A stretch of 64,000 bases of DNA from a virus. Position 1 is the stretch's first letter. Each line of letters begins with the position of its first letter. Shown piece by piece: positions 1 to 11,399 of this stretch. Under the pieces are notes generated by a model. That model saw nothing but the letters and a program-made list of their open reading frames with translations, had not been told where the DNA came from and made no database searches. A program made the position numbers and the translations under genes. Where the stretch lies: the IMG/VR virus record IMGVR_UViG_3300023174_000096, positions 32,001 to 96,000 of that record; one strand, given 5' to 3'.

Positions 1-3000
1 GGTGAGTTCTTCGCCCTGTCCGGGGTGGCCTCACCGAACACGGTGCGACTGAGCACCACGGTCAAGCCGTGGAAGGACGCCGTCTACCAGTTCGATCAGT
101 CCCGCTTCGCTTGGCTGTCCAACTTCAGCTTCGCGGGGCAGGTGCAGTCGCCCGTGTCGGCCATTGACCTTGGCAACGCGGGGGTAGTGCCCAGTACGTT
201 CTACCCCGCGATGGACGGGTACCTCAAGGTGTCGGCCAAGGGCGGGGCGGCGCAGTCCCTCACCCTCGGGACAGATTTCTTGGTGCCAGAGGGGTCGGGC
301 ACGGCGCTGCTCATCGACCGCGTCGGGCCAGAGGTTCTCAACGGCTACCGTGGGAGCGTCACGGGCTCCACCCTCACGGACACCTCGGTGGACTTCACCA
401 CCATCGCCCAAGTGGGCGACCGACTGAAGGTGACCTCGGGAGGCTCCACAGGCTCGTACACCGTGGCATCGTCCACGCCCACCACCCTCACCGTGGTGAA
501 CCCGTTCCCCGTGGCCTCGACCGGGAACGTGTCGTGGGAGCTCTACCGTGGGGTGAACTACACGGACCCCACCAAGATCGACCCCTCGATCCTCGCGGAC
601 GCCGTGTTCACGGAGTTCAACCACCTCGGAGGCGAGACCTTCAAGGTGCGCCTGTACACGTCCCTCGGCACGGCGGGCGGCACGCTCGACACGGTGGACC
701 TCCCCACGGCCACGTCGGGGAGGGTGCTGACCGTCCGCTTCGGGACGACCGGGACGACCACCTCGCAACTGACGGTGCTCACCAGCACCGAACTTGGGGC
801 GCTTGCCAACGGATCGCTGTTCGTCCCGACCACCAACCCCCGGTTCGCCACGGACAAGTTCTCCGTAGTGGTAGGCACCAAGGTGTTCGTGAACGGGGTG
901 GACCTCCTGCCCGTCGCGAGCTTTTCGCCCACGATCCCGGCGAACCAGATCGAGTACCTCACCACCACGGGCGAGCTTGGGTTTGGGGCCACCGTGGAGG
1001 CGGACTACCAATCCGCCACGGTGGTCTACCGACAGGAAGTCCTCAACCCCGCCAACATCTCCCAAGGCACGGGTGAGATCTCGCCCTTCACGGGTGCCGT
1101 GGGTCTCAGCGCCACGGACATCGCGGCCAACACAGGCAGCACCGTCTACCTCGTGGATCTCCAGACCTACGAGGAGGTGTTCCTCAACCCGATCCTCGGG
1201 TCGTTCACCCTCCAGCGCCCGGTGAAGGCGGGCCAACTCGTCGAGGTGACCTACACCCGCGCCAAGCCCGACTCGGGCCTTCCCTACCCCAACGCGACCA
1301 CCCCGGAGGTTGTAACCGAGTTCCTCCCGGTGTTCATCCGTCGCGAGACGGCCACGCGGGTCAACCAACAGGTCTACTCGTTCAACGCGGGTGGGCGCAC
1401 CGTGGACACCGACGTGGAGCCCTCGGTGCTCGTCAACGCCAACCTCGTGTCCTACGGGGTGCCCAAGGGCGTCAACTTCAACTTCTCTGACAACACCTTC
1501 ACGCTCGTGAAGTCCGTGCTCGACCCGGCCACGCGGGTGCTCATCACCTATGCCGTGTACGAGGCCACGGGCGGGGAGACCAGCTACACGGTCTCCAAGG
1601 GTCCGGTGTGGAGGCCCCCGTTCCAGTTGAGGGCGAACACCACGTCCTTCGACCTCAAGGGCAACCGAACCTCGGAGCTCACGTCGGGTCGGATTCTCCG
1701 TCTGGGCAACTACCTCACCTACATCCAGAGCGCCGCTTACAACGGCACGACGAAGACGAAGGTTGAGATCTACCCCGCCCCCACCCGGGACGTGGGCTCG
1801 CTCGCTCCTTCAGATCCGCCCGTCAATCTCGTTACAGATCGGGCGATCACTCCGTTGGTGAATGGAGTGGTGACCGTGGCTGCGAACGGTCTGCTCCCCA
1901 AGCTCACGGATGCCTATGGGCTCGCCAGCGTGCCCAAGTTCCAGCCCGTCACCAAGGGCCAGAACGTCGTGCGCTTTGAGGGTGACCTGACGAAGTACGC
2001 CGTCACGGGTCACGTCATCGAGCTCTTCGGGATTCCCTTCCTCGTCGCCAAGAGTGACTTCGTGGAGGGTGCCTTCACCGACATCACCCTCGGGTCACCC
2101 TCGCCCGTGCAGATGGTGTGGACCAGCACCCTGCCGACCAGCACCGTCCGCATCTCCGTGCGCCCGATCTACCCCGTGGGCGCGACCACCTTCATCGGCG
2201 CAGGGAGCCTCGTCGGCACCGAGCCCTACGAGGTCGTCCTGTGCGAGGGGACCGCGCCGGGTGTGACCCTCACGGAAGGTCGAGACTACCAAATCGACCA
2301 GACGGCGGGCACGCTCACACTTCTGGAGCCCCGACAGACGGGAATGCCCACGGGCGCGTCCCTGCGGTTCTACCGCACCGTGCAGGACACCCTCGCCCCG
2401 TTCGTCTTCCAAGGCGTGGTGCAGTACCCCCGGGTGGCGGCGAGCGCGGGCTTCATCGACCCGCCCAGCGAGGCCAACGGAAGGCTGGGGGCCACCCTCA
2501 CTGCCACCTACACCTTCGACTCGCCCGACAGCTTCTATGCCCGGTCGCTACCGCTTCCCTCGTACATCACGGAGACGGCGCGGAGCATCGTGCAAGGGGT
2601 CACCCGCAAAGCAGCGGGCACGAACCCCTCGGTGGGTGGGTTCCCCAAGAACTCCCCGTCCACGCAGGGCACGGCGGGCTTGGTGTCGGAGCGCCAAGAC
2701 TTGGTGTCCCGCGACCGGGTCACCCGTACTTTCCTTCGCTACTACAACGGGATCATCACCTCGTTTGAGCAGGTGCTTGAGACCATCAACGGCAACCCCG
2801 TGGGCGACCGCGATGGCAAGCTCCGTCTCTGGATGGGGATGGGGGACAAGTGGACGCCGCCGGGGTACGAGGACGGGATCACCGGGGCGGTCAATCCCCG
2901 CAACGTCTGGAACGAAGTCTGGAACGGCTTCCGCACCTCGCCCATCGCACTTCTCCCAAGCGACCCCATCGTCAGCCCCTACGGCGCGAGCCTCACGGGC

Positions 3001-6000
3001 GGGGCGCTCACCGGGACCGCCCTGTCCGCGAGCGCCCTCGGCCAGCTACAGGGCCTTCAGTACCGAGCCATCAAGAACGACGTGGACGACGTGGTGCTCA
3101 ACGGGCTCACGGGCACCACCGTGGCCCTCTCGGGCATCATCCGGTTCAAGGTCACCTCCTACGGGGTGTACCGGGGGCTGTCCCAGCCTTCGGCCTTCTC
3201 GCGGCTGTTCCCTGAGAGGGCCGACGCTTTCACCACCACCGACCCCGGCATTGGTTACAACCCGACCACGGGCTCCGTAGGGGTGTACAGCTACGGGAAG
3301 CTGGACCTCGACCTCTTCGGGAGTCCCCCGTCCATCTCGTTTCAGTCCACCACGGGGAACTCCATCGCGCGGTTGGCCAACCCCGTGCGCGGGAACATCA
3401 CGTCGGTGCTGGGCGCGACGGTCCAAGACCGCCTCGCGCGGGCGCGCATCCTCGCCTACTACCCCAACGGAGTCTCGGGTGTTCCGGGTGCCTCCGGGCG
3501 TCCTGTGTTTGTCGCCACGGTGCTCCCGCTCGACAAGTTCCCGCTGCTCCCCAACGGCCAGCCCGACACGGCGAAGCTCGTGGCAGGAGCGGGCATCTCG
3601 GGCCTGTACGACCTGACCAGCGGCGACCCCGACCTCCACACCCCGCCGTTCAACCCCGGCGACCAGCTAGCCCTCGGCACCCCCGATGGCACGGGGTACT
3701 CCGTGGGGTGGACGGGCGCGACGGTGACCGTCAACGGCAACCCGGTGTTCCCCGGCGTGTTCGTGGACTCGGTCATTCAAGGGTGTTACCTCACGGTCAA
3801 GAGCTACAGCGCCGCGAACAACTTCGTCCCGGTCCTCAACCCCGCGACCTTGGTGCGGCTCACCTCGGGCAACACGGGCACGACCCTCACGGCGGAACGC
3901 GGCGACACCCTCTTCGTGGTGCCCACCACCGGGGCCTTCACCGCCATCGCCTCGCCCCCCGCGTCGGCGCTCACCCCGACGCAACTCCAGACCTTCACGG
4001 CCAGCCTCCCGGGCTACCGGGTGGGGACCGACGTGGACCTCGACGGGCGCGCGGGCGCACTGGTGGACGCAACCCTGCCGTCGTTCAGCGACCCGACGAT
4101 CTTCGGGCTGAAAGAAATCACCGGGCAGCGACCGCCCTCGCCCCTCCGCAACCTCCAAGCGCGGGTGACCTTCCAGAACGGGGATGTCTCTCCGTCGAAC
4201 ATCCCCGCCCTGCGGGGGCTGTCCCGTCTCGACTCGGGCGACTACTCCCTGCCCTACTACCAGATCGGCCCCACGGAGCTTTCCGTGCTGGGGGACACCT
4301 TCCCGCTGGGCATCGCGGTCGTCGGCGCGGAATCCCCCAACCCGCCCGTGGGCAACCCTGCGCCCACCGGATTTGCCGACTACTCGGTCGAGGCCGTCTA
4401 CCCCGACGAGATCCTCGGCAACGGTGGCTTTGTCTCGGCCACCGACCCGACCAATCCTGCGACCCTCAAGGGGACGGTGGCGCTCAACCCCGGGTACGTC
4501 TCCCACACGGGCACGGGTGACGTGAAGCCCTACGACATCGTGTACGTCCAAGAAGGGACGGGCGGGGGATCGTTCCCTGCCGGGGCGACGGGCATCCGCA
4601 CCGTGGGCGCGGTGAACTACGCGGCGAACGTCATTGAACCGCCCCGGTTCGTGACCCGCACGTCTCCCGGTGCAGGGTCTTCGGTCCTCGTGGAGAACAT
4701 CCAAGCGTGGATTGACCCCTCGTACCTCACGGGCATGACGGTGAAGGAAGACACCAACGTCATCGCCCCCAACGTCCGCACGACCTTCACGCTCACGGGT
4801 GTCCCCACCTCGGAGATGGTGTTCGACAACGGCACGGGCGGTGGGGTGCTGCCGACACCCGTGGGCGGGTTCAACGACTACTTCACGGTGGGCAACAAGC
4901 CCAACAAGATCCGGCTGAAGCTCACCAAGAACTCGACTGGGAATCTCGTGACGGCTTCCAGCGTGGTGCTGGAACTCACCTCTCAGAACCCCAACATCAC
5001 CCTGTGCGGGTTCAGCGTATCGGGAGACAACGGCACAACCCCCCAAGGCGGCACCGCGTACTTCCTCACCCAGCAGATCGTGGTGGATACCGGGGCTCCC
5101 TTCTTCAACTTCCCTGCCTTCGGCACCCCCACCACACCCGCACCGGGGGTGACCGAGATCGGGCCGATGAACGTCGGCATCGATGCTGACTCGGGGAACT
5201 CAGTATCGGGTGGGACGGAGACCCTGTACGTCGGTGACGACCGCCTCACCCTGTACGGCCCCATCGACACCCGCACGGCACGGGCGCGAGGGGCGACCAC
5301 CCCGGGGGGCACCTCCATCGAGTGCCGCCTCACCACCCGTGGCTTTGAGGCGGGCATCTTCGACTCGACCTTGGGAATCACATCGGCCTTCTCGACGCTG
5401 AACGAGATCACAGAAGTGAACGGCGGCACGGCCCTCACCTTCGCCCCCCGTGCGGGTATCACCCCCTACGGGGTGGGCACGTTCACAGCCCCCGGCGTCG
5501 GCACCCTCAAGGTGATGGCCTACGAGGGGCACGGGAACACCCCGATCAACGGGACGGACGTGACCTACAGCGCCGCCCCCTCGTCTCGCCAAGACGAGAG
5601 CGGCCCGATCCTGCTGACGGACGCCCTCTCCGACCGTGTGGACAACCCCCCGTATACGTCACTGGTCAACTTCGCGCCGCGCATCGTGGACAGGTTCGTG
5701 GTGGACACCGCAGCGGTGACGCGCGGGCTGATGTCCCGGGTCCTCCCGGGGGATATCGTCACCGCCAAGAACTCCAGCCTTTCCTACCCGCTGCCAAGGG
5801 CCAATACCAAGGCGGGCACGCACCTCGTCCGCGCCGTGCTGGTCCCTACACTGGGGTTCACCTACGAGACCCGCGAGACCTTCACCACCCCGGACACCAA
5901 CGGTGCCTACGGTGACGGCTGGATGCCCTTCACCTTTCCCACGGTGACGGGGTTCAACCTCGGGACGCTCACCCTCGCCGTGTCGGACATCGCCCAGCTA

Positions 6001-8397
6001 CCTGCGATCAGCGGGTGGCTCGATGCCCCGGTGACCCAGACACACGTCTTCCCGGCCACGGGGAGGGTGTATGTGATCGCGAACGAATCGGGGCTGAACA
6101 GCACCGTTACGGCGGTGTTTCAAGACTCCGTGGTGAGCGCCGACTACACCAGCTTCGACCCTTCGACCAAGAAGTTCTCGGGGCTGGCGAACTTCCAAGA
6201 CGCGCTGGGGGCGATCCTCACCGCCGCGCAGTTCAACAACATTGTCGCGGCGGGCATGAAGGTCTCTGGCTTCACCCTCCTCCCGATGGCCCCCCACAGC
6301 GACGCCATCCCCGCGAACCTTCCGGGGTATACCAGCGTCGCCGCCCCCATCTCAGTGTTTGGCATCCGTCAACTGCGCGTGTCCCGCGACGTGAGCGGTG
6401 TTACCTACACATGGAACGCCGACGTTTCGGGTGACCTGACGGGACCGGGCTCGACCGTATCCGTGTACCAGCGGTTGAAGGTGAGTAGCGCGTCGTTCGT
6501 GACCTCCCTCGACCTCGCCGTGTACGACGAAGTGCCCGGTGGGATCGAGATCGACCTCACCACCCCGCAGTGGGAGAGCCTCCACAAGCCCGTGGGCGCA
6601 CCCTTCGTGCCCACGGGCACGCAGTGCATCCTCCCGGGTGACCGCTGGGCGATTGACTACTCGGGCGCAGCGGGCATCTACGTCGAGCCGTCCTTCCCAC
6701 GGGACACCAACGACATGGCCTCGGGCGATGTCAACGTGGTGGACGCCGGGAACTCTCTCGCCGCGGGTCAGGTGGGCACGCGACGGCTGGCCGACTACTT
6801 CCCGGCCCCCGCCCCCGGTGACTACCAGATCGAAGCCACGGAGATCGAAGTGCGCCGCCCCCGGCGCTTCCACGCCCTCGGCAACGACTTCGGCGCAGCC
6901 CTTCAGTCCCTTCGCTACTGCTACGAGATCCGTCGCGGCATCGTCGCCACGGTCATCTCTTCGGGCGGGTACAGCATCCTCACCGCTCTCCCTGTCAACG
7001 GAGACGTGCCCCCGACCGTAACAGGCGGAACGTCAGCAACCCAACTGGGCGACTTCACCAGCAAGCTCGTGAACGTGAACCCCGGCGACGAGGTGCGGTT
7101 CATCAACGCTTCGGGGGTGATCACCGCACGGGCAGAGGTGGTGAAGGTCACGGGCGCGCTCACCCTCACTCTGTCCCGCAAGGTGACGGTGAACCCCGGG
7201 GACCGCTTTGAGGTGTACCTGAAGGTTCCGCCCGTCCCCCACGAGCAGTCCAACGAAGAACTTCTCGGGTACGCGACGGACCGGGTGGTCGTCAACCGCC
7301 CGGTGAACTACACGCCACCAACGCAGACGGGCGGGAGGGTCACCACCACCAACATCCTCACCGACGCAGGGGTGAACTTCACCGACTTTGGCGTCAAGAA
7401 AGATGACATCCTGCTGGTCGATCCCGCTGGCCGTCTGGAAGGCACGACCGGACCCGCCTCGCCCGTCCAATTCGGTCGCCGCCCCTACGGAGACAACAGC
7501 GTCCCGGCGCGTGGGGCACCCGCGTACACAGCGGGCAGTCCCGTGGTGGCCGACGACAACCGGGGCTACTTCAAAGTCACGGATGTCACCACGACGACGC
7601 TCACCGTCCAAGCCATCGGCAACCTCGCGGGCAACGTCGGAGGCGACGTGGTGTTCGGCCCAGCGGGCAGCGAGTACGCCATCTATCCCACCATCCACGG
7701 CTCCCTCGGTTCCGGCGGGGCCAACGAGGGGCAGATGGACCTCCGCGTCACCGCCCCGGCGAACGGGTCCAACAAGTTCACCGGGTACGCCAGCATCGAG
7801 CCTTTCGCGTACCGGGTGATCCGCCCTACCACCCTGCTCTCCCCGGAGACCGTCGAGCTCATCCTCGCCATGCGAGAGAGAATGCTGTCTTGGGCGGAAG
7901 AGATCCGCACGGTGCGGTTCAAGTACGGGACGTACTTCATTTTCCAGCGGGATCGTCACATCACCGACCTTGGGACGACCACCGACCCTGAGAGCGGGCT
8001 GGGGCTGCTCACCAACCCGTACCTCTTCGGGATCGTCGGCAACTGGGCGGTGTCCCCGTTCGCCAACGTGCGGGACTGTCTCTCCATCCTCGACCGTCGC
8101 TTCTGGTGTCTGGACTTCCGTCTGGACACGCTCACCCCGCCCTATGGCATTTCTGCCACGGACTACGCCAACTTCGCCAACGGCGTCGGGCGTCCCGTGC
8201 TGGTGGACCGGGTGAATGAAGCCCTCGACGGGCGCGACAAGCTGCGGCGCACCCGGTACTCGTGGCTGGACCTCCGGGTGAACCGGGTGACCGGGACGCT
8301 GGAGAGCATCCGACGTTTCGACGCCGAGCTCCCCAAGCGCAGGGCGGAAGCCGAGCAAGCTCTCGCGGCTGTAGAGTCCGTGGAGAAGCTGCCGTGA
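1..8397 (+). CDS. Giant virion structural protein (>2790 aa; tail/baseplate-associated), 5' end truncated by window edge
   Basis: The frame is open from base 1 (GEFFALSGVASP...). Sequence is T/G/V/P-rich and beta-rich, with a recurrent 'LTDxxxxFxxxxVxxGDxL' module, strong GC3 bias and a helical C-terminus. Confidence 0.8.
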   Translation, partial: GEFFALSGVASPNTVRLSTTVKPWKDAVYQFDQSRFAWLSNFSFAGQVQSPVSAIDLGNAGVVPSTFYPAMDGYLKVSAKGGAAQSLTLGTDFLVPEGSGTALLIDRVGPEVLNGYRGSVTGSTLTDTSVDFTTIAQVGDRLKVTSGGSTGSYTVASSTPTTLTVVNPFPVASTGNVSWELYRGVNYTDPTKIDPSILADAVFTEFNHLGGETFKVRLYTSLGTAGGTLDTVDLPTATSGRVLTVRFGTTGTTTSQLTVLTSTELGALANGSLFVPTTNPRFATDKFSVVVGTKVFVNGVDLLPVASFSPTIPANQIEYLTTTGELGFGATVEADYQSATVVYRQEVLNPANISQGTGEISPFTGAVGLSATDIAANTGSTVYLVDLQTYEEVFLNPILGSFTLQRPVKAGQLVEVTYTRAKPDSGLPYPNATTPEVVTEFLPVFIRRETATRVNQQVYSFNAGGRTVDTDVEPSVLVNANLVSYGVPKGVNFNFSDNTFTLVKSVLDPATRVLITYAVYEATGGETSYTVSKGPVWRPPFQLRANTTSFDLKGNRTSELTSGRILRLGNYLTYIQSAAYNGTTKTKVEIYPAPTRDVGSLAPSDPPVNLVTDRAITPLVNGVVTVAANGLLPKLTDAYGLASVPKFQPVTKGQNVVRFEGDLTKYAVTGHVIELFGIPFLVAKSDFVEGAFTDITLGSPSPVQMVWTSTLPTSTVRISVRPIYPVGATTFIGAGSLVGTEPYEVVLCEGTAPGVTLTEGRDYQIDQTAGTLTLLEPRQTGMPTGASLRFYRTVQDTLAPFVFQGVVQYPRVAASAGFIDPPSEANGRLGATLTATYTFDSPDSFYARSLPLPSYITETARSIVQGVTRKAAGTNPSVGGFPKNSPSTQGTAGLVSERQDLVSRDRVTRTFLRYYNGIITSFEQVLETINGNPVGDRDGKLRLWMGMGDKWTPPGYEDGITGAVNPRNVWNEVWNGFRTSPIALLPSDPIVSPYGASLTGGALTGTALSASALGQLQGLQYRAIKNDVDDVVLNGLTGTTVALSGIIRFKVTSYGVYRGLSQPSAFSRLFPERADAFTTTDPGIGYNPTTGSVGVYSYGKLDLDLFGSPPSISFQSTTGNSIARLANPVRGNITSVLGATVQDRLARARILAYYPNGVSGVPGASGRPVFVATVLPLDKFPLLPNGQPDTAKLVAGAGISGLYDLTSGDPDLHTPPFNPGDQLALGTPDGTGYSVGWTGATVTVNGNPVFPGVFVDSVIQGCYLTVKSYSAANNFVPVLNPATLVRLTSGNTGTTLTAERGDTLFVVPTTGAFTAIASPPASALTPTQLQTFTASLPGYRVGTDVDLDGRAGALVDATLPSFSDPTIFGLKEITGQRPPSPLRNLQARVTFQNGDVSPSNIPALRGLSRLDSGDYSLPYYQIGPTELSVLGDTFPLGIAVVGAESPNPPVGNPAPTGFADYSVEAVYPDEILGNGGFVSATDPTNPATLKGTVALNPGYVSHTGTGDVKPYDIVYVQEGTGGGSFPAGATGIRTVGAVNYAANVIEPPRFVTRTSPGAGSSVLVENIQAWIDPSYLTGMTVKEDTNVIAPNVRTTFTLTGVPTSEMVFDNGTGGGVLPTPVGGFNDYFTVGNKPNKIRLKLTKNSTGNLVTASSVVLELTSQNPNITLCGFSVSGDNGTTPQGGTAYFLTQQIVVDTGAPFFNFPAFGTPTTPAPGVTEIGPMNVGIDADSGNSVSGGTETLYVGDDRLTLYGPIDTRTARARGATTPGGTSIECRLTTRGFEAGIFDSTLGITSAFSTLNEITEVNGGTALTFAPRAGITPYGVGTFTAPGVGTLKVMAYEGHGNTPINGTDVTYSAAPSSRQDESGPILLTDALSDRVDNPPYTSLVNFAPRIVDRFVVDTAAVTRGLMSRVLPGDIVTAKNSSLSYPLPRANTKAGTHLVRAVLVPTLGFTYETRETFTTPDTNGAYGDGWMPFTFPTVTGFNLGTLTLAVSDIAQLPAISGWLDAPVTQTHVFPATGRVYVIANESGLNSTVTAVFQDSVVSADYTSFDPSTKKFSGLANFQDALGAILTAAQFNNIVAAGMKVSGFTLLPMAPHSDAIPANLPGYTSVAAPISVFGIRQLRVSRDVSGVTYTWNADVSGDLTGPGSTVSVYQRLKVSSASFVTSLDLAVYDEVPGGIEIDLTTPQWESLHKPVGAPFVPTGTQCILPGDRWAIDYSGAAGIYVEPSFPRDTNDMASGDVNVVDAGNSLAAGQVGTRRLADYFPAPAPGDYQIEATEIEVRRPRRFHALGNDFGAALQSLRYCYEIRRGIVATVISSGGYSILTALPVNGDVPPTVTGGTSATQLGDFTSKLVNVNPGDEVRFINASGVITARAEVVKVTGALTLTLSRKVTVNPGDRFEVYLKVPPVPHEQSNEELLGYATDRVVVNRPVNYTPPTQTGGRVTTTNILTDAGVNFTDFGVKKDDILLVDPAGRLEGTTGPASPVQFGRRPYGDNSVPARGAPAYTAGSPVVADDNRGYFKVTDVTTTTLTVQAIGNLAGNVGGDVVFGPAGSEYAIYPTIHGSLGSGGANEGQMDLRVTAPANGSNKFTGYASIEPFAYRVIRPTTLLSPETVELILAMRERMLSWAEEIRTVRFKYGTYFIFQRDRHITDLGTTTDPESGLGLLTNPYLFGIVGNWAVSPFANVRDCLSILDRRFWCLDFRLDTLTPPYGISATDYANFANGVGRPVLVDRVNEALDGRDKLRRTRYSWLDLRVNRVTGTLESIRRFDAELPKRRAEAEQALAAVESVEKLP

Positions 8398-8636
8398 TCG
8401 ACCCCAAAGTGCTGGAACAATTGAGAGCCATCGGGATTGATGTCCCCCCCGAGGGCGGGGCCGTATGGCTCAACCTCAAGCCCGTGGACCCCAACACGCT
8501 CCCCCATGTGCGCGAGCAACGTGCTGCGCTGGAGAAGATTCGTGACCACCTCCGTGCCGAGCTCGATGACACCCTCGCGAAGATCGACGCCGCCCATGAA
8601 CAGCTAGAGCGCGCCAAGAACGGTGGTGGGGTGTGA
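8394..8636 (+). CDS. Hypothetical coiled-coil protein (80 aa)
   Basis: GTG start overlaps the upstream TGA (GTGA); heptad-like C-terminal half. Confidence 0.7.
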   Translation: MIDPKVLEQLRAIGIDVPPEGGAVWLNLKPVDPNTLPHVREQRAALEKIRDHLRAELDDTLAKIDAAHEQLERAKNGGGV

Positions 8637-8833
8637 GCTTCCCGGACAGGTACTTTTCGTTCCTGCTATCGGGGCGCGTCGAGGACTTCCAACTCGCCAC
8701 CGAGGCGTTCCAAGCAGCCATCACGTCAGGTGTGAGTCTCGACACCCTCCAAGGGCACATGGACGAGTCCCACACGTCGGCTGAGATGCTCTGTCTGCTC
8801 CTTGATAACGGCTCTGTAGGCGAGCCAGAGTAG
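8633..8833 (+). CDS. Hypothetical protein (66 aa)
   Basis: GTGA-coupled to the previous gene; fills the gap to the next gene. Confidence 0.45.
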   Translation: MSFPDRYFSFLLSGRVEDFQLATEAFQAAITSGVSLDTLQGHMDESHTSAEMLCLLLDNGSVGEPE

Positions 8834-8837
8834 CCCA

Positions 8838-11399
8838 ATGGCCGAAGAGAACACCGTCGCTACATGGGGTGGGCTGGAGTTTCAGCTTGTCTCTGAGGAA
8901 GTCGTCGCGGTCGTTGACGCTCTCAAGGGCGTGCTGGAGCTCATCAACGCGACCCTCGACATTGGGTTGCAGATCGCGCAGATCGCCAAGACCTTCGTCA
9001 CCAGCAATCTCAATCTGGCCCGCGCAGCGGTCAACGAGCTCTTGGCCCTGTTGCGGGGCATCGCCCAAGACCTCCTCAACGTGGGCCTGTACGCGAACCT
9101 CGACGATCTCCGACTTCTTCGGGCGAACAAGGCCAACATCAAGGGCGGGTACGACGGCTGGGAGCGCCGGATGCTCACGCGGCTCAATGACCGCAACGAC
9201 CCCAACCGCCCCAACTTTTCCGAGAGCACCACCGTCATCGCGATGTTCGTCTACGTCGGGGTGCCCGACTACGAGCTCTTCTTCAAAAACCAGATCTTTG
9301 ACCGCAAGGTCTTCGACAAGCTCGCCCAAGCCATTGAGGCCATTGCCTCGCTCTTCGGGTACACCCCGAGCGGGGCGAGCCCGTCCCTGCCCATCGCGGC
9401 GAACCTCCGTGCGGAGTACACGTCACCGCAGTCGAGCGACCCCGCCCTCGTGCTCGCAGCCCTCAAGGGGGATTCCAAGATCAAGGTGGTCTGGAACAGC
9501 GCCCCCGCGCCCGGGGGCTCCGACCAAGACCCGAGCCCACAGCCCCCGTCGTCGGGCTACATTGTCGAAGTGTCCTGCTACGCCAAGGGGTTCCAAACGG
9601 GCTGGATCGCCCCCGCCACGGCGGGCACCGGGAGCACCGTCCCCGGCGCGGCTGACAACGCCCAAGCCTACACCACGGGGCAGTACCTCAAAGGCTCGAC
9701 GGGCCAGAGCCTCACGATCTTCGGCGGCGAGGACACCATCGAGATCCTCCCCGAGGTGGCTTGGCCAGATGGCTACACCCCCGGGAGTGGCACCCTCCCG
9801 GCGGGTAACACCCCGCTCTATTTCTACCTCGACCCCTCCGCGCCCGAGCCCATCATCAAAGCCTTCGGCAAGAGCGCGGATGGCAGGACGTACTACAACC
9901 AACGGGCGTTCTTCGTCCCCGAGCGGTCTGTGTTCACGCAGATGGTGGCCGGGGCGAACTACTCGTTTGAGCTCAAGAAAGAGGAGCTCCCCAAGTTCTG
10001 CCCCATCGTCAACGGGCGCATGGACACGGCGCTCGCCCAAGACCCGCAGACCGTGTACGTCCGGGTCACCCCTGTCACAGGGCGCATCACCGAGACCAAC
10101 TACACCCAAGCCCGGTGGACCCCGCGTGCCCGTCACGACGACAACGCCGTGCTGGTGAACATCGTCTGCACGTCGGGCAACGCTGAACCTCCCATCGGGA
10201 ACCCGGACTTCGGCATCCCGAGCGAGGTGCTGGAGGTGGCGATCCCCACCGTGAATCAGAACCTCTACTCCAAGGCCGTCCAGACGGCCATCGCCGTGCT
10301 GGTGCTGTCGCGGAGCGATCTCATGGCTCCCGACCCCATCACTGAGAACGCACCCCCAGACCCGGCGACCCAAGACCGCACCTACCGCCCGACAGGGCTG
10401 GAAAGCGCCGCCACCGAGGTGTTCCGCTGGATGAACATCCAGAACCCATCGGACTATTTCTCGCGGCGCAACATCTCCCCCACGTCGTTCACCGACGACA
10501 TCTACACCCGCATCGTGGAACAGGCCGACAGGTACATCCGCACGCAGGGGGCTCTCCCCCCGTCCGTGCTGAACGCGATGTCCACGACCCTCCACGACCT
10601 CGTGAATTGGAAGTGGTCCGACGCCCCCGACGCGCGAAACAACCAAGCTCTCCGGTACACGATTCTGGAGTCCCTCACGGTGCCCACGGAGTCCGGGCTC
10701 ACGCCCGTGACCCCGCTGGCGATGAACCGCTACGACACCAAGCAGTACTACTCGGCCACGACCCCCGCCGACGTGTTGAACCAACTCAACGAGAAATGGA
10801 GTGAGTCAGGCTTCGGCATCCGATATCACAGGGCGTCCGTAGACGCTGCCCCGGTGGTCGGCCCGTCACTGGAGGCCAGCCCGCAGTACTGGTACGCGCG
10901 GCAACTGATCCCCGAGAGCATCTACCAGAAGGCGCGGATGGTGCTGGGCATCACGTCCAATCAGTCCGCGAGGCGCGTGGGCTCGTGGGTGGCCACCAAG
11001 CCCTTTACCGTGCGAGCGCCCACGGGACGGCTCCTCAGCATCCTCAACAAAGTGGAGGGGGCCAGTAACCTGATCCTGTCGGGCGCGCAGACCGGGGCGG
11101 ATGCCGTCCTGCGATTCATCTCGTTCCTTGAGCAGCGGGTGCGGGAGATCCAAGAGACGATCAAGCGCCTCGATGCCCTGCTCGACCTGCCGTTTCAGGT
11201 GCCCGTGCCCGAGGCGAAAGCACTGTTGCTGATCACCAATGGGTCATCAGGCATCGTGACCGGGCTCCTCCAAGCCGAGGGCAAGCCCCAAGATGGACCC
11301 GGTGCCTACGCTGGCGGGATCGTGCTGGTGGCGGGCGGGAGCGTCCCAAGAGTTCTCATCGAGCTCCTCTCAGCGGGCATCCGTTCCGCAGGGGATTGA
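8838..11399 (+). CDS. Putative virion structural protein (853 aa)
   Basis: Long ORF with genome-typical codon use; helical N- and C-termini flank a beta-rich core; follows the giant structural gene. Confidence 0.7.
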   Translation: MAEENTVATWGGLEFQLVSEEVVAVVDALKGVLELINATLDIGLQIAQIAKTFVTSNLNLARAAVNELLALLRGIAQDLLNVGLYANLDDLRLLRANKANIKGGYDGWERRMLTRLNDRNDPNRPNFSESTTVIAMFVYVGVPDYELFFKNQIFDRKVFDKLAQAIEAIASLFGYTPSGASPSLPIAANLRAEYTSPQSSDPALVLAALKGDSKIKVVWNSAPAPGGSDQDPSPQPPSSGYIVEVSCYAKGFQTGWIAPATAGTGSTVPGAADNAQAYTTGQYLKGSTGQSLTIFGGEDTIEILPEVAWPDGYTPGSGTLPAGNTPLYFYLDPSAPEPIIKAFGKSADGRTYYNQRAFFVPERSVFTQMVAGANYSFELKKEELPKFCPIVNGRMDTALAQDPQTVYVRVTPVTGRITETNYTQARWTPRARHDDNAVLVNIVCTSGNAEPPIGNPDFGIPSEVLEVAIPTVNQNLYSKAVQTAIAVLVLSRSDLMAPDPITENAPPDPATQDRTYRPTGLESAATEVFRWMNIQNPSDYFSRRNISPTSFTDDIYTRIVEQADRYIRTQGALPPSVLNAMSTTLHDLVNWKWSDAPDARNNQALRYTILESLTVPTESGLTPVTPLAMNRYDTKQYYSATTPADVLNQLNEKWSESGFGIRYHRASVDAAPVVGPSLEASPQYWYARQLIPESIYQKARMVLGITSNQSARRVGSWVATKPFTVRAPTGRLLSILNKVEGASNLILSGAQTGADAVLRFISFLEQRVREIQETIKRLDALLDLPFQVPVPEAKALLLITNGSSGIVTGLLQAEGKPQDGPGAYAGGIVLVAGGSVPRVLIELLSAGIRSAGD

